NCBI GenBank assembly: GCA_965197905.1
Contig: CBDAOB010000004.1
Location: 1,536,001 to 1,600,000, forward strand
Reading direction: 5' to 3'
Length of the DNA stretch: 64,000 bases
Source of the DNA: Candidatus Latescibacterota bacterium
GTDB taxonomy: Bacteria; Latescibacterota; UBA2968; UBA8231
In this document: piece after piece, positions 22,764-32,274 of the stretch
Layout of the letters: every line of letters begins with the position of its first letter
How positions within the stretch are numbered: the first letter of the stretch is position 1
Program-made: the position numbers and the translations under genes
The notes under the pieces: generated by a model
What the model saw: the letters and a program-made list of their open reading frames with translations, nothing else
What the model was told of the DNA's origin: nothing
Databases searched by the model: none

Positions 22764-23927
22764 ATGAGACCGTTTTCGGGATTCCTCGCCTTCGTTCTGG
22801 TATTTTTCGGAACACCGCTTGTCGTTGCCGATGAAATCGCTCTGACGGCCACCAAAGACAACACCATTTTCGAGAGTTCCACCGGGGGATTGAGCAATGG
22901 CTCCGGGCAGTTCCTCTTTGCCGGTCGCTCGGGGCAGGGCAGCGGCTCCGTTCGCCGAGCCCTGTTGGGCTTCGATCTCTCCAGCATTCCGGCAGAGGCA
23001 GTGGTCACGGCGGTGCGACTCACCATGAACATGTCCAAGACCGCCGCGGGGGCTACGATGGTGTCCCTGCATCGGGTTGTGGTCGATTGGGGCGAAGGGA
23101 GCTCAAACGCCACCGACCGAGGAGGCGGACAGGGGGCGGCGGCCACCAACGGCGATGCCACCTGGATCCACGCGTCCTTCGATAGCGGCACCTGGTCGAA
23201 CCCCGGTGGGGATTTCGTGACGACCGCCAGCTCGAGCCTGGAGGTAGGATCAACGGGCTCATACACCTGGCCGTCGACTTCACAATTGGTGGCCGATCTA
23301 CTGGGATGGATTGACAGTCCAGCGACGAATTTCGGATGGATCGTCATCGGCGACGAGTCGGCGACACGCACCGCCAAGCGGTTCGACAGCCGCGAGCACG
23401 ACACCACCTCCCGTCGACCCCAGCTGGTGGTGGAGTTCACCGTGGCATCGGGCAACAATCCTCCGGCTGCAGCGAATTCGGTCGCGGCGCAAGCGCTAAC
23501 CTTGGGGGGGAACTCCGTCTCGTTTGACCTGAACACCGAGCCGGTGGTATTCACGGATGCCGACGGTGATGCCCTGAGCTACACGGCCGCGAGCAGCGAC
23601 GAGGCAATCGCCACCACAGCGCTTGTGGGAAGCGTGGTGACCGTTGCCGCTGTCGGCGAGGGCTCGACGACGGCAACCCTAACAGCGACGGATGCGGATG
23701 GCGGGAGCGCTACGGTGGAATTCGGGGTCGTGGTGGGACGACTAACCGGAGATTTTGACGGCAATGGCACGGTTAACTTCGACGACTTCTTTCTCTTTGC
23801 CGACAGCTTCGGCTCGACCCCGGCCTCGGAGAACTGGAGTGTCGTGTTCGACCTGGTCGGCGATGACGTAATCAATTTCGACGACTTCTTCGTCTTCGCT
23901 GACAGTTTCGGATCCCAGGCCAACTGA
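22764..23927 (+). CDS. Secreted protein: DNRLRE-type domain, cadherin/Ig-like domain and dockerin-like EF-hand pair
   Basis: KDNTIFE...RALLGFDLSSIP...FDSRE...RPQL; NNPP...DADGDALSY; GDFDGNGTVNFDDFFLFADSFG occurs twice in near-identical form. Confidence 0.8.
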   Translation: MRPFSGFLAFVLVFFGTPLVVADEIALTATKDNTIFESSTGGLSNGSGQFLFAGRSGQGSGSVRRALLGFDLSSIPAEAVVTAVRLTMNMSKTAAGATMVSLHRVVVDWGEGSSNATDRGGGQGAAATNGDATWIHASFDSGTWSNPGGDFVTTASSSLEVGSTGSYTWPSTSQLVADLLGWIDSPATNFGWIVIGDESATRTAKRFDSREHDTTSRRPQLVVEFTVASGNNPPAAANSVAAQALTLGGNSVSFDLNTEPVVFTDADGDALSYTAASSDEAIATTALVGSVVTVAAVGEGSTTATLTATDADGGSATVEFGVVVGRLTGDFDGNGTVNFDDFFLFADSFGSTPASENWSVVFDLVGDDVINFDDFFVFADSFGSQAN

Positions 23928-23944
23928 CCACCTCCCACGGCTGT

Positions 23945-24688
23945 TCAGGGCGCAGCCCAGGAAGCCATATACTCGGGCGCCCACTTGCGCGCCAGATAGA
24001 AGCTCTTCTCCGAGTATAGACCGTGCGGCGGTTTCACTTCGGCGTCGATAAAGATTTCGGCCGCCCCGAAGGTTGGAAACTCCATCACCAGCACCCGATG
24101 CCAGGGCGACTGCCGGTCGATCAGCTGAAAGACCTCCATGCGGCTCAGCTTCTGTTCGCGGGCCACCTGGCGCATCAGGGTTTCATGCTCAGCGTCGCCG
24201 CGCACGGTCGGGTCCAGCGCCTCGGCGCCCGGACGCCAGCGCCCGAATAACAGCAGAATCGCACTGGAGAGATCGGTCCACAACTCCGGGATCTGTCGCG
24301 GGTCGGCGGGCAATGGAACCGCAGGCGGCGCCGGATGGTGAACCCACGTGTCGAAGAAATCGGCTCCCCAGCGGCGCGACAGGAAATATTCGTAATATCC
24401 GTACAACCCGTACGGAGGCGCCATCTCAGCCTCGATCCAGGCCTCGGCGCCTGCCATGGTCGGAAACTCGATCAGCCAGAAGCGCTCCCAGTTCTTGTGA
24501 GGACCCACCAGCTTGAACCCCTCCAGCCGCTTGAGCCCGTGCTCGTGGCCGACCTCGAGCATGAGGTCCACATGTTCCCGCGACGCGGCATCCTGTTCGG
24601 CGGTGGTGAGATGTCCCCAGCTGGGTAGTCTTCCTCCCTTGTAGAGCACGACCACGCTGCTCTTATCGACTTCGAAATCGAAAGCCAC
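23945..24688 (-). CDS. Hypothetical protein with two tandem ferredoxin-like (dimeric alpha-beta barrel-like) repeats
   Basis: Two alignable halves (SS-VV...EH..LM..V...EFPT..AE..I.AE..PP.GLY...L.R.W). Confidence 0.7.
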   Translation of the reverse strand: MAFDFEVDKSSVVVLYKGGRLPSWGHLTTAEQDAASREHVDLMLEVGHEHGLKRLEGFKLVGPHKNWERFWLIEFPTMAGAEAWIEAEMAPPYGLYGYYEYFLSRRWGADFFDTWVHHPAPPAVPLPADPRQIPELWTDLSSAILLLFGRWRPGAEALDPTVRGDAEHETLMRQVAREQKLSRMEVFQLIDRQSPWHRVLVMEFPTFGAAEIFIDAEVKPPHGLYSEKSFYLARKWAPEYMASWAAP

Positions 24689-24719
24689 GCTAACTCCTAG
24701 TATTCGGGTTCGCTAAATC

Positions 24720-24748
24720 TCGACGCTGCTGAAACGCGGCTATATACT
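24720..24748 (+). promoter_or_regulatory. Sigma70-like promoter of the SDR/PhnZ cluster
   Basis: TCGACG, 17-bp spacer, TATACT. Confidence 0.45.
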
Positions 24749-24824
24749 ATCAAGTCGTACCCGCCCGGCAACCGCGGTGGCTATAGCGTTGTCACCTCAC
24801 TTCCCACGAAGAAGAGAGAGACCG

Positions 24825-25658
24825 ATGTCTGAAATCGTTGATTCGACGCACCGAATGGACGGGTCCGTCGCCGTAGTAACCGGTGCCGCCCAAGGGCTCG
24901 GTCTGGCGATGGTGGAGCAGCTCGCACAGAGCGGCGCGACGGTGTTGATCGCCGATCTGCAGCTAGAGAAGGCCGAAGCCGAAGCGGAAGCCCTGAACGC
25001 CCGCGGAATGCAGGTCAAAGCAGCAACCCTAGATGTCACCGACAGTGCTGCGGTGGATGAGCTCTTCGACCGCGTGCGCGCCGAAGCAGGAAGCGTGGAC
25101 ATCCTGGTAAACAACGCCGGGGTGGGCCAGGAGGTCGGACCGATTGTCGAAACCAGCGATCGCGAGTGGGACCGCGTCATGGGACCCACGCTCACGGGCG
25201 CGTTCTACTGCTGCCGTGCTGCTGGACGCCACATGGAGGAGCAGGAGTCGGGGACCATCGTCAATATCTCCTCCATAAACGGACAGGCGCCGGCAGCCTT
25301 GGTGGCGGCCTACAACGTGGCCAAGGCCGGCATCATAAGCCTGACCAAGACTATGGCGCTGGAGATGGCAGCCTATGGCGTCCGCGTCAACGCCGTCTGT
25401 CCCGGGCCGGTCTACACCGAATTCAACCGCCGGAACATGGCCCAGCGCAGCGTCACCCTGAAAGTCAGCGAGGAAGAGATGATCGAGCGCGTGCGCGCTT
25501 CTATACCTTTGGGACGCTGGGGGGAGCCGGTGGATATCGCTCGCGGCGTCGCTTTTCTCTGCAGCCCGGCGGCTTCGTTCATAACCGGAGAGGTGCTTAC
25601 GGTCAGCGGCGGCCTTGTGGGGGTTTCAGCCACGCCTCCTAAAAGGGAAAAGAAATAA
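24825..25658 (+). CDS. SDR family NAD(P)-dependent oxidoreductase
   Basis: TGAAQGLG, NNAG, YNVAK and PLGRWGEP motifs. Confidence 0.93.
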   Translation: MSEIVDSTHRMDGSVAVVTGAAQGLGLAMVEQLAQSGATVLIADLQLEKAEAEAEALNARGMQVKAATLDVTDSAAVDELFDRVRAEAGSVDILVNNAGVGQEVGPIVETSDREWDRVMGPTLTGAFYCCRAAGRHMEEQESGTIVNISSINGQAPAALVAAYNVAKAGIISLTKTMALEMAAYGVRVNAVCPGPVYTEFNRRNMAQRSVTLKVSEEEMIERVRASIPLGRWGEPVDIARGVAFLCSPAASFITGEVLTVSGGLVGVSATPPKREKK

Positions 25659-25663
25659 CGCCG

Positions 25664-26632
25664 ATGAAATCGCGGGTTCTCATAACCGAGCATATCTCCG
25701 GCGCCGGCATCGACCTGCTTTCCTCCGAGTGCGAATGTTTGATTCCGTGGCAAGAGGCCAGCTTTTCTTCGGACGATCAGATGCGCAGTGTGCTCGGCGA
25801 GGTTGATGCGGTACTGGTCCGGCTCTTTGCGGTGGACGCTTGCGATTTGGAGCGGGCCGCGCGCCTCAAGGTCATCGGGAAACACGGCGTCGGTGTAGAC
25901 AACATCGATTGCGGAGCGGCGACCCAACACGGCGTAGCCGTGGTCAATACCCCGGTTGCCAACAGCAACGCCGTCGCCGAACATGCCATCACCTCCATGT
26001 TGGCCCTGGCACGGCAGATCGATCATATGAGTCGCGAGATGCGCGCGGGAAGATTCGACGTGCGCAACGACATAAGGGGGATGGAGGTAGCCGACAGGAG
26101 TCTGGGTGTAGTCGGGCTCGGTCGCGTCGGGGCTCGCGTTGCGGAAATCGCCGCGCTAGGGTTTGGCATGAAGGTGTATGCCTATGACCCCTTGGTCCCT
26201 GATTATTCGGGACCGGCGACCCAGCTAACCACCGTCGCGGAGCTTCTTCCCCGCGTCGACTTCCTCACCTTGCACGTACCACTCACCCCCGAAACCAAGG
26301 ATCTGATCAATTCCGCGAGTATCGGTCAGCTGAAACCGGGCTGCCAGATCATAAACACAGCCCGGGGAGGCGTGGTGAATGAGGTTGACCTGGCGCGGGC
26401 CCTCAAGGGAGGAGCGCTGGCGGGAGCGGCGATTGACGTTTTTGAAGACGAACCACTGCCGCAAGGTCACCCCTTATTCGCGGCACCGAACTGCCTGCTA
26501 ACCCCCCACATCGCCGGCCTCACGGCCGAGTCGATGGATCGTATGGCCACCCACTCGGCCCAGGGGGTTCTGGATGTTCTCAACGGACGCCGGCCCCGGC
26601 ATCTGGTTAACCCGGAGGTGATGTCCGACTGA
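25664..26632 (+). CDS. D-isomer-specific 2-hydroxyacid dehydrogenase (SerA-like, no ACT domain)
   Basis: GVGVDNID, GLGRVG, HVPLT, INTARG, DVFEDEP and TPHIAG motifs. Confidence 0.93.
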   Translation: MKSRVLITEHISGAGIDLLSSECECLIPWQEASFSSDDQMRSVLGEVDAVLVRLFAVDACDLERAARLKVIGKHGVGVDNIDCGAATQHGVAVVNTPVANSNAVAEHAITSMLALARQIDHMSREMRAGRFDVRNDIRGMEVADRSLGVVGLGRVGARVAEIAALGFGMKVYAYDPLVPDYSGPATQLTTVAELLPRVDFLTLHVPLTPETKDLINSASIGQLKPGCQIINTARGGVVNEVDLARALKGGALAGAAIDVFEDEPLPQGHPLFAAPNCLLTPHIAGLTAESMDRMATHSAQGVLDVLNGRRPRHLVNPEVMSD

Positions 26633-26696
26633 TGGCAAGCGACGAATCATTGGTTGGTTGGCTGCCCGCCACCCACTGAATTAGAGGAGGGAATCG

Positions 26697-27260
26697 ATGT
26701 CACACAGCGAAATCGTAGCACAGATCGTCGAGCTCTTTGCGAAGAAAGGGAGTTCCAACTACGGGGGGGAAGCCGTCAGTCAACTCGAGCATGCGCTGCA
26801 GACCGCCGCCCAAGCCCGCGACGCGGGTTCCTCGTCGAGGCTGGTGTGCGCGGCGTTGCTTCACGATGTGGGCCACCTGGTCGAAGACGAAACGGACGCG
26901 GGTCGCGATCCGAGCCTGCTCGACGACCGCCACGAAGACAAGGGATCGCAGTGGCTGATCGACCATTTCAGTCCCGAAGTCAGCGATCCGGTTCGACTGC
27001 ATGTAGCCGCCAAGCGGTACCTTTGCACCGTGGATGCGGACTATCTGGATTGCCTGTCTCCGGCGTCGCTGCAGAGCTTGCGCGAACAGGGCGGCAAGAT
27101 GTCCGCCGCGGAAATCGCCGAGTTCGAGTCCGAGCCGAACCGCGATGCCGCCGTTTTGGTGCGCAAGTGGGACGACAACGGCAAAACGCCAGGCCGTTCC
27201 ACTCCAACCATCTCCGACTTCGTCCCCGATCTGGAAGCGGCGGTAGCAGCGGGGCACTGA
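26697..27260 (+). CDS. PhnZ/TmpB-like HD-domain diiron oxygenase
   Basis: YGGEAVSQLEHALQ, ALLHDVGH, RHE, HVAAKRYL, LSPAS-SL-QGG-M and RKWDD-GK motifs; GAGGAGG SD. Confidence 0.9.
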   Translation: MSHSEIVAQIVELFAKKGSSNYGGEAVSQLEHALQTAAQARDAGSSSRLVCAALLHDVGHLVEDETDAGRDPSLLDDRHEDKGSQWLIDHFSPEVSDPVRLHVAAKRYLCTVDADYLDCLSPASLQSLREQGGKMSAAEIAEFESEPNRDAAVLVRKWDDNGKTPGRSTPTISDFVPDLEAAVAAGH

Positions 27261-27307
27261 GCTTGACAACGACCGCATGCAGAGAGTCGGTCCTCTTGAC
27301 CAGCGGC

Positions 27308-29506
27308 ATGCCAGGCAAGGCCCAGCTGCATCACAAATGGGACTTGGGGGAGATCGAACAGAATCGCCGCTACGGTAAGGCGAGTCTCGATCTGTCTACC
27401 GTGCCGGTGGTTGCCGGCGAGCCAGCCAAGATCGGATTCAGGTTCGAAGCCGGCGAGACGACGATCCCCGTCGGCGGCAGGATCCGGTTCGCCTGGCGGT
27501 GGCCGTTCGACTGGGACATCCCGAGGATCCACAGCACGGCTCTACCTCCGTCCACGAGCGTCGAGGCAGCCTTCGAACCCAAAGGCGACCTCGACGCTTG
27601 GAACCATCACATCGAGCTGAAAGTAACCTCCGGGGCCCTGAATCGAGGCGACGTCGCCGCGTTCGAATGCGGCGACGAGCACGGTTGGGGTGCGCCGACT
27701 TTCTCGACGCCGGCGGCCGGATTCCGAATAGCGATCGATCCGGACGGCAGCGACCACTGGATGCAGCTGGTCGACCCGCCCGGCTTCGTCATCGAGGCTG
27801 GAAAACCGGTGGAGCTGATGGTGGAGTCCCATAGCGGCTGTGGGTTAGGTGAAGCGGTGGAGGTTGCCGTCCGCGCCGTGGATCTCTGGGGCAATGCCGG
27901 ATCGCTGCCGACCCCTCCCGAGTTGGTGTCGGCCGCCGGCATGGAGGCGAAGGAGTTGGAGCCGGTCGCCGAAGGTCGCGTATTTCGGTTCGCGGTGAAA
28001 TGGTCTGCGCCTGGTGTATATCGTGTGCGCGCGCGCGTCGCCGGAACCGATCTCGTAGCAGAGAGCAATCCCGTCCAGATCCGCGACAGTGCGGTCCACC
28101 GAATCTTTTGGGGAGATCTGCATGGCGGGCAGACCGGGATTGGGTGCGGAGCCGGCTCTTTGGAGGAACAGTTCGTTTTTGCTCGCGACGTGGCGCGCCT
28201 GCAGTTCACCAGCCAGCAGGCGAACGACCATTACATCCCGCTGCCTGTCTGGAACCACGTGCGCGAGGTCTCCCATGCCTTCGACGACCCGGGGCGATTC
28301 ACCTGCTTTCTCGGGTGCGAATGGAGCCCGTTCACCGTGGACGGCGGCGACCGAAACGTGATCTATCGCAACGATGAGTCGCGCTTGCGACGCTCGGACC
28401 GATTCTACACCGAGGAGGTGCCCGATCCCGAACCGGACCTGAAGCGGGCCCCCGAATTCCTCGCCACCATGCGAGAGGAGGAGGTGCTGCTCAACCTGCA
28501 CGTGGGGGGCCGGCCGACTAACCTCGATTATCACGAGCCGAAGATCGAGCCCCTTTTCGAGATACATTCTACCCACGGCACCTCGGAGTGGTTCGTTGAA
28601 GACGCCCTAGACCGCGGATACCGCGTCGGCATAACCGGCGGTGCCGACGGCGTCATGGGGCGGCCGGGCGCCGACCGGCCCGGCCGCAGGGTGTCCCGCA
28701 ACGTGCGCAGCGGCCTGACAGCCGTTTTCGCGGAAGACCTGAGTCGCGAGTCTTTATGGGAGGCGTTTCACGCCCGGCGTTGTTACGCCACCACCGGCCA
28801 GCGCATCCTCCTATGGGTGGAGGTCGACGGGCATGTCATGGGTGAAACCTACCAGACCGACGAGTCCCCCGAGATCGCGATCCAGGTGGAGGGGACAGCG
28901 GCAATCGAGCGCGTCGACCTGCTCCGCGGCACAACTGTCTTGAACAGCTGGCCCGTCGCCGAACGCGCCGTAGATCTGACCCGAATCCTTTGGGGGGGCA
29001 CGGAGAAATGCGGTACGGCGGGGGATCAGAAGGTGGTCTGGGATGGCAGACTGCGCGCCGATGGAGGGAAGATCTCGCGGATTCAACCCATCGGGATTCA
29101 AAGCGGAACGGATCAAGTCCGCCAGACCGGCGCGCAGCAGATATCGTGGTCCAGCGCCACGGCGGGAAACGACATGGGCGTAATCTGCCATCTAGAAGGG
29201 GACGAAGGGACCCGCTTTGGGTTCGAAACGGACCCGTGTAGGTTCGATTTTACTATTGCTCAAACGGAGCTTGAAGCGTGGCGCGTCGACGCCGGCGGCG
29301 CCAGCAGGTTTGTCGAAGTGGGTCCGGCACCGTCCGCGGATGGGCCCTCCGGCGTCGAGCTATCCTTTCGCGACGAGGAACCGCTGGGCGGGGAAACGCC
29401 GTACTGGGTACGCGTCGTACAGGTGGACCGCGCTCGCGCCTGGAGCAGTCCGGTCAATGTGATCAGACCGCGATCTGCGGCGCGTCGGACGAACCCGGAT
29501 GGCTGA
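27308..29506 (+). CDS. DUF3604/PHP-like metallohydrolase domain protein
   Basis: SNP...FWGDLH, NDH, GCEWS-GGDRNV, EIHSTHG, RRCYATTG and YWVRV-Q-D-AWSSPV motifs. Confidence 0.8.
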   Translation: MPGKAQLHHKWDLGEIEQNRRYGKASLDLSTVPVVAGEPAKIGFRFEAGETTIPVGGRIRFAWRWPFDWDIPRIHSTALPPSTSVEAAFEPKGDLDAWNHHIELKVTSGALNRGDVAAFECGDEHGWGAPTFSTPAAGFRIAIDPDGSDHWMQLVDPPGFVIEAGKPVELMVESHSGCGLGEAVEVAVRAVDLWGNAGSLPTPPELVSAAGMEAKELEPVAEGRVFRFAVKWSAPGVYRVRARVAGTDLVAESNPVQIRDSAVHRIFWGDLHGGQTGIGCGAGSLEEQFVFARDVARLQFTSQQANDHYIPLPVWNHVREVSHAFDDPGRFTCFLGCEWSPFTVDGGDRNVIYRNDESRLRRSDRFYTEEVPDPEPDLKRAPEFLATMREEEVLLNLHVGGRPTNLDYHEPKIEPLFEIHSTHGTSEWFVEDALDRGYRVGITGGADGVMGRPGADRPGRRVSRNVRSGLTAVFAEDLSRESLWEAFHARRCYATTGQRILLWVEVDGHVMGETYQTDESPEIAIQVEGTAAIERVDLLRGTTVLNSWPVAERAVDLTRILWGGTEKCGTAGDQKVVWDGRLRADGGKISRIQPIGIQSGTDQVRQTGAQQISWSSATAGNDMGVICHLEGDEGTRFGFETDPCRFDFTIAQTELEAWRVDAGGASRFVEVGPAPSADGPSGVELSFRDEEPLGGETPYWVRVVQVDRARAWSSPVNVIRPRSAARRTNPDG

Positions 29507-29537
29507 CCCTACACGCGCTAGCCATTGAGGGGTTGCG

Positions 29538-30296
29538 ATGGAGACGCAGAGAGTTGCTGTGGTGACCGGGGGCGCACGGGGCATAGGTCTTGCCATCGCC
29601 CGCAAGCTGGCCGCCCACGGTGACCGCGTGATCGTTGCCGACATTCAAACCGACCTTGGGCGCCAAGCGGCGCAGGGTCTCGACGCACATTTTCACTTCG
29701 TCGACGTCGGCGTCGAGAGTTCGGTTGTGCAATTGGTCAAAGAGGTTGAGAACGAGCACGGAGCGATCGAGGTCTGGGTGAATTCGGCCGGGCTTCTCCA
29801 GGCTCCCCAGCGCACCGAATCGATGCCGATGGAGGAACACGACCGCATATGGGAGATCAACTACCGAGGCACCTATCTCTGCTGTCGCGCGGCGGCTCCG
29901 CGCATGGGCGAACGGGGCAAGGGTGCTATTCTGAACATCGGCTCCACCAACAGCTTTCGCATCATGCCTCTGCCTGCCTACTCCCCCTCTAAAGCTGCCA
30001 TCAAGGCACTGACCGAACTACTGGCGGCCGAGTGGGGGCCGCGAGGGGTGCGGGTGAATACGGTCGCCCCCGGATTCGCCCGCACCCCGGCGTTCCAGGC
30101 GCAGATCGACGCCGGCACGCGGGACGTGCAGAAAATCTCCGACACCACCGCCTTGGGCCGGCTGGTGGAACCGGATGAGGTGGCCGAGACGGCGCTGTTT
30201 CTCTGTTCCGAAAAAGCATCGGCTATCACTGGCGTATGTCTGCCGGTCGATTGCGGCTGGTTGCCGACCCATAGCTATAACGCATTTCCCCGATAA
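29538..30296 (+). CDS. SDR family oxidoreductase
   Basis: TGGARGIG, NSAG, YSPSKAA and ITG-LPVD motifs. Confidence 0.93.
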   Translation: METQRVAVVTGGARGIGLAIARKLAAHGDRVIVADIQTDLGRQAAQGLDAHFHFVDVGVESSVVQLVKEVENEHGAIEVWVNSAGLLQAPQRTESMPMEEHDRIWEINYRGTYLCCRAAAPRMGERGKGAILNIGSTNSFRIMPLPAYSPSKAAIKALTELLAAEWGPRGVRVNTVAPGFARTPAFQAQIDAGTRDVQKISDTTALGRLVEPDEVAETALFLCSEKASAITGVCLPVDCGWLPTHSYNAFPR

Positions 30297-30320
30297 CCGC
30301 GCCAGATCAAATCGAATCCT

Positions 30321-31199
30321 ATGCAGCTGACCGACGAACATCTCGAAACCTTCCACGAACAGGGTTTTGTGGTGGTGGAGAACTTCTACCCCGAAGAAAA
30401 GCGCGCCCGGATCGCCGCAGCGATCCGCGAAACCCACCCTCCGTGGGAGATCATGAAGGATCGAGAACCGGAAAAGCTGTCCCCTCCCGGGTTACTGAAG
30501 GCCCGGTTTCCGTACGAGAATATGCTGTTCAACGAACTCACCATCGACGGCGACCTCATCCACTTCATCCAACGGGTGCTGGAAACGGAGGACATACACT
30601 TTCGCTACGCCCACAACTGGGCGCGCTACCCCGTACCGAACCCGCCTCCCAAGCTGCACATGGACAACAGCAACAACTCGCTCTTGCCCCCCACCGGCGG
30701 CGCGCCCTACGGTCAGATCAGCACCTGGTACTTTCCAGAGGCGGTGGGTGAGGACGAAGCGCCGATGTTAGTCATCCCTAAGCGTTATAGCCGCGATTTG
30801 AGCAAGAAGGTGGTCCTCGCCGTGCCCGCCGGCACGCAGATGATCTTTAGCACCCACATCTGGCATTCGGCAACCTTGTTCAAACGAACCGATTCCCAGC
30901 GTTATTCGGTAACCCGCATCTACGGTCGAGCTGATCATTACTGGGAGGGTGTCGGCTTCATCACCAGTCTTGGAAGAAACGAACATTTCAGGGAGTTTAT
31001 CGGCACCCTGACTGCCCGCCAGCGCGAGGTGTTTAGGTTCCCCCCGGCGGGGCACTCGTTTTACACCCGCGAACACCTCGCCCTGTTGGAAGGCCAGTAC
31101 CCCGGCTGGAACACGAGGCAAGAGTACCTGCCCGGCGAGGAGATCGAACCTCTCGACGATCCCTTTCTCTTCGGCCTCGGTCATGTTCCCGATGAGTAG
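30321..31199 (+). CDS. Phytanoyl-CoA dioxygenase (PhyH) family Fe(II)/2OG enzyme
   Basis: LT-EH-ETF-EQGF N-terminus, HMD (HxD), distal WHS and R. Confidence 0.85.
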   Translation: MQLTDEHLETFHEQGFVVVENFYPEEKRARIAAAIRETHPPWEIMKDREPEKLSPPGLLKARFPYENMLFNELTIDGDLIHFIQRVLETEDIHFRYAHNWARYPVPNPPPKLHMDNSNNSLLPPTGGAPYGQISTWYFPEAVGEDEAPMLVIPKRYSRDLSKKVVLAVPAGTQMIFSTHIWHSATLFKRTDSQRYSVTRIYGRADHYWEGVGFITSLGRNEHFREFIGTLTARQREVFRFPPAGHSFYTREHLALLEGQYPGWNTRQEYLPGEEIEPLDDPFLFGLGHVPDE

Positions 31200-32208
31200 A
31201 CCGCTGGTCACCCCTCTAGTTGTGGACGCGCATGGCCACACCCTGGACCTTGCGTTTGAAGCGGGTGTGGATCTCCACAAGGATCTGCGGGGGTTGACCG
31301 ATCTTCCCTTGATGCGTAGCGGAGGAGTGACGGCACAACTCACGGCCTGCTGGATACCCGATGCGGCCATTGGCGGACCCCATGCTACCCGAGAACCGTT
31401 GCAGAAGGCTCTGCGAATGGTGGACTACCTGCTCCGTCAGCTGGAGCAGGAAGCGGGACATCATTTTGTCGTGGCAACCTGTGCGGAAGACATCCGCACG
31501 GCGAAGGCGAACGGCAAGATTGCGTTTATTCTCGGCTTGGAGGGGGGCGACGCGCTCAAAGGCGATCTGGGCTTGTTGCGCACCTTTTACAGACTCGGTC
31601 TGCGCCACCTAGGTCTGGTCCATGAAGGGCGGAATGCGTTGGGAACCGCGACCCAAGTATGGGACGGGCCGCACATGCGGTTGTACGATGACAAGGTCGA
31701 CCCGAGCGGAGGGCTGACGCCGGACGGGAAAGCGTTTGTGCGCGAAATGAATCACCTCGGAATCATGGTGGACGTTACGCACATGGAAGAAACGACCTTC
31801 TGGGATGCCCTGGACATCGCCAAGGCCCCGGTTATCGCAACCCATGGAAACGCGCGATCCTTGCGCGACACCCCCCGCAATCTTACCGATGACCAGATAC
31901 GCGCGATTGCCTCGACGGGCGGAATCGTGTGTCCCAGTCCAACGCCGCTGGGACCGGGAGGTGAAAAACCCGGCCTCGAGATGGTGCTGGACCATATCGA
32001 TCATATGGTGGCGCTGGTGGGATCTGATCATGTCGGGTTCGGCACCGATTTCCTCGGCCAGGCAGAGAACCGGCCGCCCGGATTCGGAGATATTGGCGAG
32101 TGTGGCAACCTCGAAGCGGGCTTGGCGCGGCGGAATCATGATACCGAGACCATAGGAAAGCTCATGGGTTTGAATTTCATGCGGGTTTTTTCCAGTGTTG
32201 TCGGATAG
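31192..32208 (+). CDS. Membrane dipeptidase (M19) family amidohydrolase
   Basis: VDAHGH, GLEGG, DVTH, ATHGN, RNLTD, GTDF and GLNFMRV motifs. Confidence 0.9.
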   Translation: MSRPLVTPLVVDAHGHTLDLAFEAGVDLHKDLRGLTDLPLMRSGGVTAQLTACWIPDAAIGGPHATREPLQKALRMVDYLLRQLEQEAGHHFVVATCAEDIRTAKANGKIAFILGLEGGDALKGDLGLLRTFYRLGLRHLGLVHEGRNALGTATQVWDGPHMRLYDDKVDPSGGLTPDGKAFVREMNHLGIMVDVTHMEETTFWDALDIAKAPVIATHGNARSLRDTPRNLTDDQIRAIASTGGIVCPSPTPLGPGGEKPGLEMVLDHIDHMVALVGSDHVGFGTDFLGQAENRPPGFGDIGECGNLEAGLARRNHDTETIGKLMGLNFMRVFSSVVG

Positions 32209-32274
32209 CATGAGCCGCGAGCTGCTCCTTTCCTCCGTGGCGACGGATTGCACCCTTACTGAAACGAGCTGTCA

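Noticed and set aside
26654..27307. 950-aa ORF start overlapping the PhnZ-like gene
   Set aside because: The N-terminal extension is Arg-rich, non-protein-like sequence in an alternative frame. The HD gene has the SD and the motifs, so the real start is near 27308.
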